Positions 18,807 to 28,048 are shown, numbered from the stretch's first letter. The stretch: DNA of 64,000 nucleotides from Candidatus Bathyarchaeota archaeon (GCA_052246995.1 JBQPWD010000001.1:64001-128000), one strand, 5' to 3'. Translations and numbers: made by a program. Notes: generated by a model from the sequence alone, not told the origin.

Positions 18807-20078
18807 ATGGGTAAAAGTAAGATAATAGAGTTTGGCTATCTTCCAAGAGTTGAAGGCCACATGTCGTACACTGTTAACTTTAAGACTGGCAACGTTCGTG
18901 TTGAAGTTTTAGAGGGTGTTAGACTTTTTGAGGGGTTTATTAGAGGCAGAAAATTTGATGAAGTAATATACTTTGTCTCCAGAATTTGCGGTATATGCCC
19001 ATCTTCACATAATTTGTGTTCAATTAAGGCTGTTGAAGATGCATTTGAAATTCAACCCTCGGAACAAACTATCAAATTAAGAAAGCTTATGCACTTCGGC
19101 GAAATCATTCAAAGCCACATAGGCCACTTATACTTTTTAGCTTTACCCGACCTTCTTGGTTTTAAAGATGTTTTCCAGCTATTAAAAAAATACTCTGAAG
19201 AGGTTAAAGCAGCTTTAAGGCTTAGAGAGGTAGCAAATAGCTTGGTCGATGTTGTTGGAGGTAGAGCGGTTCATCCTGTAAGCACTACAATAAATGGTTT
19301 TCGTAAGCTTCCATCAGAAACACAGCTTAAAATACTGCTGGGTAAGCTTAAAGAGGTAAGAAGTGATGTTGTTAAAACCGTTGAACTTTTTACAAAACTT
19401 AGTATACCTGACTTTGAGAGAAACACAGAGTATACTGCGCTGAAGAACGAGGTTGAATATGGGTTGTATGATGGTTATATTGTCTCAAGTACTGGTTTAA
19501 AAATTGAACCTAAAAACTATAAAGATACTCTTATGGAGGTTGTAAAGCCATATTCCACAGCAAAATTTAGCTTTAGAAATGGTAAACCATTCTGTGTAGG
19601 TGCTCTTGCAAGATTAAACATAAATAAAGGTCAACTCAATAATGAAGCTAAAAAGGTTGTGGATAATGCTGGAGTAAAGTTTCCAAGCCATAATCCCTAC
19701 CGTTATAACATAGCTCAGGCAGTAGAAGTTGTCCATTGTGTTGAAGAATCCATTAAAATCATCGAAGAACTTTTGAGTGTAGGTTTAAAGGATGAACGAA
19801 CAGATTTTAAGGTTAAAGCTGGAGTTGGTGCAAGTGTTATTGAAGCCCCAAGAGGAATCCTATACCATAGGTATAATATTGATAAAGATGGGTTTGTCAG
19901 GGAGGCAGACATTTTAACCCCAACAGCCCAAAATGTTGCAAACATGGAAGAGGATATAAGGGTAATGCTGCCTACGCTTGTAAACCTTCCAAGGAAGCAG
20001 GCAGTAGCGAGAATAGAATCACTTATAAGAGCGTATGATCCATGTATTTCATGTTCTGTTCATATTTTTGAAGGTTAA
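18807..20078 (+). CDS. hydA: group 3b NiFe hydrogenase large (alpha) subunit
   Basis: RVEGH, L1 motif RICGICPSSH, EAPRG, L2 motif DPCISCSVH. Confidence 0.95.
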   Translation: MGKSKIIEFGYLPRVEGHMSYTVNFKTGNVRVEVLEGVRLFEGFIRGRKFDEVIYFVSRICGICPSSHNLCSIKAVEDAFEIQPSEQTIKLRKLMHFGEIIQSHIGHLYFLALPDLLGFKDVFQLLKKYSEEVKAALRLREVANSLVDVVGGRAVHPVSTTINGFRKLPSETQLKILLGKLKEVRSDVVKTVELFTKLSIPDFERNTEYTALKNEVEYGLYDGYIVSSTGLKIEPKNYKDTLMEVVKPYSTAKFSFRNGKPFCVGALARLNINKGQLNNEAKKVVDNAGVKFPSHNPYRYNIAQAVEVVHCVEESIKIIEELLSVGLKDERTDFKVKAGVGASVIEAPRGILYHRYNIDKDGFVREADILTPTAQNVANMEEDIRVMLPTLVNLPRKQAVARIESLIRAYDPCISCSVHIFEG

Positions 20079-20142
20079 ATAAGTTTTTAAGTAAAAAAGA
20101 TTAACATTTTTAACTTGTTTTTTCTTAATGCCTTGATGAGTA

Positions 20143-20661
20143 TTGTCATTGTTAACACCTATACAGCTTATACTTACATTCTTTTTTGCAGGAATCTCGT
20201 TAAAAATTGCGGATTATCTAGGTGAAAAAGGGTTAAAGTTAAAAGCTTATTCAGCTTCAGTAGTTTCAGCCTTTCTTTTCTGGATGCTTATAAAAAATGA
20301 TCCGCAAAGTTCAACAATAGTTTCTTCGATAATTTTTGGATGCTTATTGTCATTTAAAGTTGATAAGCCAAATCTTTTCTTAGGAGTACTCTTAATTTTT
20401 GCCTTATCTATTTTTTTAGGGTTTTCTACACCTATTTTTTGGCTTTTAGCTATACTTACATCTACAGCTATGCTAGATGAATTTATGCATGAAAAGTTTA
20501 CAGGAAAGGGAATGTTTAGCATATTTTTTAGATTTAGGTTTATTCTTAAAATAGGAGTTCTAACAGCGTTTTTTGCTAGCGTATTATCATTAATTCATTT
20601 AATAGGCTTTTTTCTTTTTGACCTATCCTATGACCTTTTAAGCCTATACCTTAAAGAATAA
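20143..20661 (+). CDS. hypothetical membrane protein
   Basis: 172-aa ORF with 5-6 hydrophobic segments. Confidence 0.65.
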   Translation: MSLLTPIQLILTFFFAGISLKIADYLGEKGLKLKAYSASVVSAFLFWMLIKNDPQSSTIVSSIIFGCLLSFKVDKPNLFLGVLLIFALSIFLGFSTPIFWLLAILTSTAMLDEFMHEKFTGKGMFSIFFRFRFILKIGVLTAFFASVLSLIHLIGFFLFDLSYDLLSLYLKE

Positions 20662-20690
20662 ACAAAAACCAATAATTTTCCTTATTTTTG

Positions 20691-21158
20691 CTACATTCCA
20701 TTAACTTTTACTTTAAATAGTTCATTTTCAGGTTTTGCTAAAACCTTGTAGGCAAGTTTTTCCTCATCTTCGGTTGTTGAGGTTTTAATTGTAAATTCAT
20801 CCATAAACTTTAAAAAGTTTATAGGCCTAATTATCACAGTTGTACGCTTTTCTTCTTCAAGTTTAAATTTGAAATTGATGTTTCGACTTGAATTTCTTAT
20901 CTTCAACCTTTTATTTCCAATTGTACATGAAGTTGAGACTTGAATTCCGTCAAGAATACAGGATATTGGAGTTTTATATGGTAAACTTACACTTACACGA
21001 AGGTTAGGATCACCTTTTCTTTTTCCTAACTCCCTAAGACCAATCAACCCCACCCTTAAACCATACGCAAGAAATGGACCAAAATGGGAGTGAAGCTTTT
21101 TAGCGTCATCTACAAGATTTAACAGCTCCTGGGGAATGCTTTCCATCATCCTCACCAC
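20691..21158 (-). CDS. FmdE-family protein
   Basis: LHSHFGPFLAYGLR and SCILDGIQVSTSCTIGN motifs. Confidence 0.85.
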   Translation of the reverse strand: MVRMMESIPQELLNLVDDAKKLHSHFGPFLAYGLRVGLIGLRELGKRKGDPNLRVSVSLPYKTPISCILDGIQVSTSCTIGNKRLKIRNSSRNINFKFKLEEEKRTTVIIRPINFLKFMDEFTIKTSTTEDEEKLAYKVLAKPENELFKVKVNGM

Positions 21159-21421
21159 TAACTTATGTACACTCTTAAAGTCAGATAGATGGTATATTTA
21201 TTTTATGGAAAAATTCGGTAAGGTTCTGTTGAATCCATGGTATGCTTAATTTTTGATTAATGAAGTATTGCTAGAGGTGGCATTTTCACTCTAACGCGTA
21301 AAGCTTTCTCATAACATTTTTCCCTTCGTAAAGGCTTATATTTTGACGTAATAAATACTGATTGAGGACGAAGTATGGGTAGCAGAATGAAATCTAAAAG
21401 TGGGTATTGGTGAATACGAAT

Positions 21422-21502
21422 ATGAATATGATAACCTTACTCGGATTGCTACTAATAGCCCTAGCAGTTGTAGACTCAATCGCGTATTGGAGGAGTGAGT
21501 GA
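21422..21502 (+). CDS. small single-TM peptide (26 aa), missing from the ORF track
   Basis: MNMITLLGLLLIALAVVDSIAYWRSE*; its TGA overlaps the next ATG (TGATG); alternative in-frame starts at 21407 and 21410. Confidence 0.5.
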   Translation: MNMITLLGLLLIALAVVDSIAYWRSE

Positions 21503-22038
21503 TGAACGAGAAAGAGAGGTTAGAAAGAATTCGTAAAGAAGCGGGGTTGCTTGAGAAAATCTTAAGCTACATTCCTGGGTATCGTGGATACAAGGAAAAG
21601 GAGCTACGTAGGGAGACTGATAGGCTTGTTAGAATGGAAATCGTTAATAGGCTTAGATTCGCTAAGGACAGTGTAAGAAAAAGTCTGACTAACCCGGTTG
21701 TAGCACAGAAAATTTCCAGCGAGGATGTTTGGAGGCTCGATACACTGTTATCTCGTCTAGATAGGATAACACAGCGCATAGATAAGGCTGTTGCTGGATA
21801 TGCAGGAATGTTTGATATCACTAAAGTTAGGGAGGATAAGCTTGATAGGGTTACTCAGCACGACTTAAGCTTACTGGAGAAGGCAGAAGCAATTAAGGCA
21901 AGCATTGAATCCCTAGCTAAAACAGATCCTGGAAAAGAGGAGTGGCGAAGAATAATAGATGTCTTAACATTAAAGACTGAAGAGTTAGAGGTGCTGGTTG
22001 ACAGGAGGGTTGAAATTCTTAGGGGGTTGGTGGATTAG
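21499..22038 (+). CDS. conserved alpha-helical/coiled-coil hypothetical protein (SPFH-associated)
   Basis: IPGYRGYKEKELRRETD and AGYAGMFD motifs; abuts the SPFH gene. Confidence 0.75.
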   Translation: MMNEKERLERIRKEAGLLEKILSYIPGYRGYKEKELRRETDRLVRMEIVNRLRFAKDSVRKSLTNPVVAQKISSEDVWRLDTLLSRLDRITQRIDKAVAGYAGMFDITKVREDKLDRVTQHDLSLLEKAEAIKASIESLAKTDPGKEEWRRIIDVLTLKTEELEVLVDRRVEILRGLVD

Positions 22039-23082
22039 ATGCCTAAGGTTATTGAATGGGTTGGTGCGAGAGAGGGCGACATAGTTTGGAGATATCCGAA
22101 TGAGGAGATCGTCTGGGGGGACAACCTAATAGTTCATGAGTATGAGGCCGCCGTCTTCTTTAGGGATGGTAAAGCATATGATGTCTTCAGAGCTGGAAGA
22201 CATGTACTAACAACAGCAAACCTGCCACTACTTACAAAGGTATTATCGGTAATGGCTGGATTCGATAAGGTTCCATTTAGAGCAACGATAATATTCGTTT
22301 CACTTAAGCAGTTCCAAGGAAGGTTTGGAGCTCAAAGCCAAACGAAGGAGCTTGCCCCAATAAAGTTCTTTGGAAGCTTCTGGTTTAGGGTTGAGGAGAT
22401 AAACCTTTTTGTAAATGAGGTTGTGGGAGGACAAAGTGTCTATACAACTGAGAGGCTACAAGAATTTCTAAGAGGATACCTTAGCGAGAGATTAATCGAC
22501 ACTCTAAGTCAATACTCACTTGTCGAGGTATATGGTAAGCTGGATGAAACCAGCTTCCTAGCTAAGAACGCCCTATACGATGCCTTTAAGAGAATAGGCT
22601 TAGAGCTGATTGATGTAAAGTTTGAAGGGATAGATACAACACCAGAGTGGAGAGATAGAATCTTTTATATAAGAACGGGGGTATTAGCCCCAGAAGTCTT
22701 GAGAATGGAAACTATTCAGAAGTCTGCTGAGAGCCTATCAAAAAGCCCTGGAGCGGCTGTAGGTGCCGGTGTAGCTATAATCCCGCCATTATTCCAGCAG
22801 CCAGCAGCCCAGACTGTTCCAGCTCAACCTATGGTGCTATGTCCAAAGTGTGGTCTCCAGAATCCGCAAACGGCAAAATTCTGTAGCAACTGTGGGACAC
22901 AATTACAAGCAACTGGCATAGCATGTCCGAGGTGTGGAACAACAAATCCAACCGGAGCGAAGTTCTGCATAAATTGTGGTACTCTACTGTCATCTTTAAT
23001 TAAATGTCCAAAGTGTGGAATTGATGTGCAACAAGGGTCAAAATTCTGTCCAAACTGCGGAGAGAAGCTAGTTTCTCAGTAA
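22039..23082 (+). CDS. SPFH/Band-7 protein (YdjI-like) with three C-terminal zinc ribbons
   Basis: IVWRYP, LIVHEYEAAVFFRDG, GRHVLTTANLP; three CPxCG...FCxNCG repeats. Confidence 0.88.
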   Translation: MPKVIEWVGAREGDIVWRYPNEEIVWGDNLIVHEYEAAVFFRDGKAYDVFRAGRHVLTTANLPLLTKVLSVMAGFDKVPFRATIIFVSLKQFQGRFGAQSQTKELAPIKFFGSFWFRVEEINLFVNEVVGGQSVYTTERLQEFLRGYLSERLIDTLSQYSLVEVYGKLDETSFLAKNALYDAFKRIGLELIDVKFEGIDTTPEWRDRIFYIRTGVLAPEVLRMETIQKSAESLSKSPGAAVGAGVAIIPPLFQQPAAQTVPAQPMVLCPKCGLQNPQTAKFCSNCGTQLQATGIACPRCGTTNPTGAKFCINCGTLLSSLIKCPKCGIDVQQGSKFCPNCGEKLVSQ

Positions 23083-23211
23083 AATCCCAATTTTACCTTT
23101 TATTCATTTAAAGATATTTCTCTTCCCCAGAATTTTTATATGGTTAATACATTGTTGCAACAAAAATGAAAAAATTGGTTAGAGTTTTAATAGAGGTCAA
23201 CTAACTATGAT

Positions 23212-23823
23212 TTAAGCCGTTCTCTTAGCTCCACAGTTTGGGCAAGCTGTCTCAGTTTGTGGGAATAACGTTCCACAGTACTTGCATGGAACCATCACTA
23301 CCTCTCGAATTATCTCCTTCTCCTTGACTATGGGTGTAGCCGCTGGCTGAGCGATTTGAATTTCCAGAGTTGGGCTTGTTGCATCCGGTCTGCCCTTAAC
23401 GGCTACAACCCCCTTAATCAACCACGTAACCTTCCTGTCAATTCCCTTATAGGTAGGCTTCATCGTGATTGGAATGTTTATACTGAATGGAAAACTTCCT
23501 GTGAAGCTTTTTGATATATGAGTTTGAGGGCTAATGGGAGGTTTAATGGAATATAGCGTTGCCGTTTCCCAAACCTCTCTTACAACCTCACGCTTTAAAT
23601 GCGAATCATAAAATCTTTTTTGAACCTTCGCTGACTCAATACATTGAAGTTCGCATCTTATCTCATCGGCATCAAACTCATCATTGGAAAACAGGGTTAA
23701 TTCACCCTCAATGTTCTCGCCAAGAAAATATGTATCTTTTTTAAGGTTTAATTTTAAGTTGACTTTTGGCGGTGTGGCTTTTTCGGCTAGCTTTTTTAAA
23801 AAAGACAAGCCATTACCCCTCAT
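23212..23823 (-). CDS. Spo0M/arrestin-N-like beta-sandwich protein with C-terminal zinc ribbon
   Basis: SFLKKL...YFLGENIEGELTL...FPFSINIP...PTY...VTWLIKG pattern, CKYCG...CPNCG; likely start TTG 23808. Confidence 0.7.
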   Translation of the reverse strand: MRGNGLSFLKKLAEKATPPKVNLKLNLKKDTYFLGENIEGELTLFSNDEFDADEIRCELQCIESAKVQKRFYDSHLKREVVREVWETATLYSIKPPISPQTHISKSFTGSFPFSINIPITMKPTYKGIDRKVTWLIKGVVAVKGRPDATSPTLEIQIAQPAATPIVKEKEIIREVVMVPCKYCGTLFPQTETACPNCGAKRTA

Positions 23824-24002
23824 GAGATATTAACGTTATGTCTAGCTATAGATATTAACTCTTCGGGGCTAATAATATATATTATTGTGGAAAAAACATG
23901 ATTGTCTTGAGCATTTTTTGCAAATGAAACACTTAAAAATTCCCTAAACTTTTTGGTTGAAAGCCGCCAACGTTATTTAAATCTATCCTCTAAACTTCAC
24001 AA

Positions 24003-24222
24003 GCATATACCTCCAACACCCTTAGACATGTTTTCCATACACAGTTTGTATGTTCAAAACTTGGAATAGGCTCTAAGCTAAGAATGACTAGGCCCCGCAG
24101 AACAGGAATAATGTTACCTGCTTTAATTTGGAAGCTAGCTTGGTGCTGTTTTAAACTTGGTATGGTGAAGCCTCTAGCTGAAAAACCGAGAATCTTTCAG
24201 CTTTAGTCGTAGGAAGCGTTAA
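24003..24222 (+). mobile_element. degenerate IS200/IS605 (tnpB) 3' remnant, copy 1
   Basis: Decayed AYTSNT and FVCSKLG fragments resembling the TnpB zinc finger, then a GAGAATCTTTCAGCTTTAGTCGTAGGAAGCGTTAA right-end-like motif; homologous to 60280-60454. Confidence 0.6.
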
Positions 24223-25567
24223 AGTATCCTAAACCCCAAAAATTTTTTGGTTGGATTTTTTTGTTCTCTTTAAGAGTAGATGTTTTTTCTTGACCATACC
24301 TTTCATATGGCTTTGTTAGGTGTCTTTGGGATCTTGGAGGAGGAATGTAGAATGTTGGCTTAATGTTTCTTTCAACTTCAACTAAAACCTTTTTTGCCAT
24401 AGGGTTTCTGTAGCCACATTTTTCACATTTAAATCCCTTGTTCAAGCCGAGTGAAGTCATCCTTTTGTTACAGATAGGGCATGGTGGATTTTTCTCCTCA
24501 ACTTTTTTAGCTAAACTCAAAATCTCAATTTTTTCTAGGTTTACTGTTGTAGGTGTGGTTGGTGATGCTTTTCTAAGCCCACCATAAACCCTAACTTTAT
24601 CACCCACAATAAGACTTCTGACAACGTTTCTGAATTTTCCAGTAGGCTCGTAAGCAGCACAGTATATTTCACCTGTTTCATCTTTAAGTTTAAAGATAAC
24701 ATGACCTCCTACAACCGTCAAAGGTTGACTTGAAACATATCCCTCTAAAATAATGGTACTGTAAGGTTTAACTTCACAAATTTTACATACTTTTCTTAGA
24801 TGTGCATCTGTGCCCTGATTTGACCTAAATATGGTCCAACGTTCAACAGGTTCATAAACTTTGATAAGCCTCATAGCATATTTAACAATGCTAGAATTTT
24901 CCCCACGGACACCATATAAAACAGGGTCTCCTCCTCGAGGAGTTATAAGCACCCTTCCTGTTTCATAGTCAATGTTGTTAAACGTTAATGGCTTGGTTAG
25001 TTTATCCATTTCCCAAACAGAGTTTAAATCAATTCTTCTAGGTTTACCTCTATTCTCAATTCTCCTGTAGGTTAAAACTTCATAGGTATGGTCTTCATCA
25101 AGAGTTTCACCAATAGCAGCTAAAGCTCCAACAATACCTTTAACATCATTAAACCAGTAAACTTTACACTTAACACTTCTAGCAACTCTTAAAGCTTCAT
25201 CTATACTAATCATTCTCCATAAAGCTTCGGATGAAAAATTTTTAAGAGTTGTGGGTACTTCTCCCTCTAAAAAAGCAACTCCAGGGTTTGTTTCCTCATC
25301 CCTCTCAAAATTTTTTTCAACAAAATCTATGATAACATCTTCAACATTAGTATAATCATCTTTAGAGTTAATGTTTAACCTTAAGCATGTAGCGCCATTC
25401 CCCCTAGTTTTCCAAGTAATATTAGGGTTTAACCTGATAAGATTAGGAAAATCCAAAAAATCTGTATAACCTTTTTTATGCAAAACCTCAATTAAGCATG
25501 ATGTGATATAGGTTGTACATCCACTTTTAACCGAATCAGTATCATCTAACCCAACGTGAAGCTGCAA
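24203..25567 (-). CDS. tiaS: tRNA(Ile2) 2-agmatinylcytidine synthetase
   Basis: GLDDTDS, RLNPNITWKTRGNGA, FRSNQGTDAH, AAYEPT, zinc ribbon, RHLTKP. Confidence 0.95.
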   Translation of the reverse strand: MQLHVGLDDTDSVKSGCTTYITSCLIEVLHKKGYTDFLDFPNLIRLNPNITWKTRGNGATCLRLNINSKDDYTNVEDVIIDFVEKNFERDEETNPGVAFLEGEVPTTLKNFSSEALWRMISIDEALRVARSVKCKVYWFNDVKGIVGALAAIGETLDEDHTYEVLTYRRIENRGKPRRIDLNSVWEMDKLTKPLTFNNIDYETGRVLITPRGGDPVLYGVRGENSSIVKYAMRLIKVYEPVERWTIFRSNQGTDAHLRKVCKICEVKPYSTIILEGYVSSQPLTVVGGHVIFKLKDETGEIYCAAYEPTGKFRNVVRSLIVGDKVRVYGGLRKASPTTPTTVNLEKIEILSLAKKVEEKNPPCPICNKRMTSLGLNKGFKCEKCGYRNPMAKKVLVEVERNIKPTFYIPPPRSQRHLTKPYERYGQEKTSTLKENKKIQPKNFWGLGYFNASYD

Positions 25568-25579
25568 AGTTAAAGATAC

Positions 25580-25816
25580 CTAGGTTTCTTCAATAACAAT
25601 CATTGTAAGGGTTGAACGTACTTTATCCAGTTTCCTAATATTCCATGTAACACATTCTTTAAGCTTATCCAGCGATTCTGCTTGAACTTTGGCTATAATG
25701 TCATATGTTCCGTAAACAGTGTATGCTTCAATAACATTCTTTATTTTTCTAATCTCTTTAAGAACAACACTCTCCGCTCCAATTTCGGTATTAATTAATA
25801 CATAGGCTATTGGCAT
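25580..25816 (-). CDS. Lrp/AsnC ligand-binding (RAM) domain protein
   Basis: AYVLINTE, VYGTYDIIAKV and VRSTLTMIV motifs. Confidence 0.88.
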   Translation of the reverse strand: MPIAYVLINTEIGAESVVLKEIRKIKNVIEAYTVYGTYDIIAKVQAESLDKLKECVTWNIRKLDKVRSTLTMIVIEET

Positions 25817-26032
25817 TTTTCTCCCCCAAATTTATATTAGTTTTTAAAGATATTAAATCTAACCTAAACTTTAGCGTGTAATGTTAAGGCCTTTATGATA
25901 ATCAGGGAAATTTTTTATTTTGAAGGATTTTAAATTTTTATTTTCGTTGGTATTCTGTATGACCATGATTATGTTTTTTTTTTAAAAAACGGAAAAATCT
26001 TATTTTCACTTTTACACATTTCATTTTTAAGA

Positions 26033-26341
26033 TTAGATGGTCAACTCCATGATTGGAATGTGTTGTTGTGCACCATAAACATCTGTTGTATAAACTTCAT
26101 CTGATGCTGTCTTCTTAATTATAGTTACCTTTATGCCCAAAACGTTGTCAACAAAAAATATTCCTTCAATATTTTCCTCTGGTACGCAGTAGACTTTTGC
26201 AATCTTCTTTTTTGTAAGTATTTTGGAGTTTTTAACAAGCATATACTTATCTTTGTTGTCAAAGAATAGGTCTATGGTAAGCTTAAATGGACTTGCGTTT
26301 TTACTTCTAACAATTTTAACAACATCCTTAAGTTTAACCAT
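26033..26341 (-). CDS. DUF4387-family protein (AtuA partner)
   Basis: VRSKNASPFKLTIDLFF and DVYGAQQH motifs; ATG at 26341. Confidence 0.85.
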   Translation of the reverse strand: MVKLKDVVKIVRSKNASPFKLTIDLFFDNKDKYMLVKNSKILTKKKIAKVYCVPEENIEGIFFVDNVLGIKVTIIKKTASDEVYTTDVYGAQQHIPIMELTI

Positions 26342-26983
26342 AAACCTTTCCCACCATTTTATTTGGAAACTCAACAATTCTAATTTTGAACGGTTCGCAT
26401 GGATTTTCAAGCTTAATTTTATGCCAGACGCTAAAAATGTAAACCGGGCCTACAGGTATATCTGAAGGTGAAAATGGAAACGCCAGATTTCCTGCAGTTG
26501 TTTTTCTGCCTTCAAACCCAAAATGTAGAAGGCTTGACCTTAAAAAGGCACATACAGTACTGGCTAGGCTTTGCTCTTTAGCTACAACATCAATAATTAT
26601 GCATAATTCCTTGCTCTTCAAACTTTTCTTAGGCTCGTTTTCACCCATAACTCCATTCTTAACTTTAAATTTTCCTCGCTAGAAATTTCGTTAACAAGTT
26701 TAAGTACCCTTTCAACATGAACATCTGCTCCAGCACCACCAACAGAGCATATAAAAGGTATTCTTAAGCTTTTTGCTGAGGAAATAATTGGCTTTAAATC
26801 CCTTTTAACATTTGCATCATCAGTATAAGATGTACCTGAACCAAGATAAAATGGTCCGGGGTCTGTTGAGGTTCCCTGTGCAACAATCACATGAGGATTC
26901 CATTTTAAAGCTTGCTTTAAAGATTCTTTTGGAAAACCATAACCAACATGTGTTGTAGCATCATAAATACGGATTTCATCCAA
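26334..26983 (-). pseudogene. AtuA (DUF1446)-family gene with a large internal deletion and frameshift
   Basis: N-terminal part (VGYGFP, GTSTDPGPFYLGSG, GGAG) is joined out of frame to the C-terminal part (NGVMGENEP, LLHFGFEGRKTTAGNLAFPFSPSD); about 220 aa remain versus roughly 450 expected. Confidence 0.8.
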
Positions 26984-27041
26984 AAATAAACCCCCAAAAC
27001 CAGTTTTTATTTTGTATTTTTAATACACTTCTACTTAAAAG

Positions 27042-27560
27042 TTAAACTGGAAAATATTCTTTCTCTAACCTTAAAATATCTTCTACGCTTTTAGCCGTAG
27101 AGTAGTCTTCTAACAATTCCTTGTTTAACGCTAAAAAAACTTCCCCCCACTTGTATATTGATACAACTTCCTCAGCATATTTCTTAAACCCTGAAATGTA
27201 GAGAGCTGCAGCCAAAGCTTCAAGTGAACTTAACTTTCCAACATGACCATAGTTTACCGGGTTTGCTGGAATAAGTAGCGGAAGACGTCGATTTAAACCT
27301 TTAAACCTCCAATGAAAAACCTCTTTAACTTTTTTCCATGAGCAGTCAATAGAAACTACACCAAACCTTGTAACATATTCTCTATCTAATGGTGTTAAAA
27401 CAACATCTACAAACGGATTAAGCAGGATAGCCTTACTAGGTACCTCAACTTTATACTTTATTACCCTAGCTAAACCAAAGTGTTGAAGTTTTCTCGCAGT
27501 ACACTTTTTAGGGTCATCTTGGTTAAGACAGTAAACGTAAAGGTTAGGTTTACTCCTCAT
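27042..27560 (-). CDS. tsr3: 16S rRNA aminocarboxypropyltransferase
   Basis: QDDPKKCTARKL, IDCSW, RRLPLLIPANPVNYG and LSSLEALAAAL motifs. Confidence 0.93.
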   Translation of the reverse strand: MRSKPNLYVYCLNQDDPKKCTARKLQHFGLARVIKYKVEVPSKAILLNPFVDVVLTPLDREYVTRFGVVSIDCSWKKVKEVFHWRFKGLNRRLPLLIPANPVNYGHVGKLSSLEALAAALYISGFKKYAEEVVSIYKWGEVFLALNKELLEDYSTAKSVEDILRLEKEYFPV

Positions 27561-27580
27561 GAAAGAGACAACTATAACTG

Positions 27581-28048
27581 TTAATTTCCCACGGTTGTCA
27601 TCTTACATAGTTTAATCCCGAAGTTTATAGCTTCATTTTTATCAATCCTATTTATGAACAAAAATTTTCCGCCAAAAACTTTATCCGCTGTAACCGAGAC
27701 CTTAACATAACTTTTTAGCTTTTTTAGGTATTCTTCACCTTTTGAAAGTCTTATACAAACTACAAATAGTACAATACTTTTAAGCTTTAAATTTTCCACT
27801 TCTTTTTCAAAAAAGTTTAAGATGCTTTCCATGGGTTTTCCACCGTATATTGGCGAACCTACAACAATCACATCTGCTTTGGTAACATCCTCAGAAGTAA
27901 CGTTTACAACACGTTTAATGCCTAGAATATTAACATTTTTACATGTTTCCATTAATCCTTCGCTAATCCATCTACAAATCTCACCTGTTACACTTTTTTT
28001 CCTCATAGAGTCGTAAACGAAAAGGTAATTCAAGATTGTATTGATCAC
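27581..28048 (-). CDS. flavodoxin-domain protein
   Basis: VYDS...T, DVIVVGSPIYGG, FGGK; likely start TTG 28033. Confidence 0.75.
   Translation of the reverse strand: MINTILNYLFVYDSMRKKSVTGEICRWISEGLMETCKNVNILGIKRVVNVTSEDVTKADVIVVGSPIYGGKPMESILNFFEKEVENLKLKSIVLFVVCIRLSKGEEYLKKLKSYVKVSVTADKVFGGKFLFINRIDKNEAINFGIKLCKMTTVGN

Noticed and set aside
22840-23065. Three imperfect direct repeats resembling a short array
   Set aside because: They encode the three zinc ribbons of the SPFH protein; not CRISPR.
26610-26665. Programmed frameshift joining the two AtuA ORFs
   Set aside because: Even if joined, about half of the protein is missing and no slippery site is evident; deletion is the simpler explanation.
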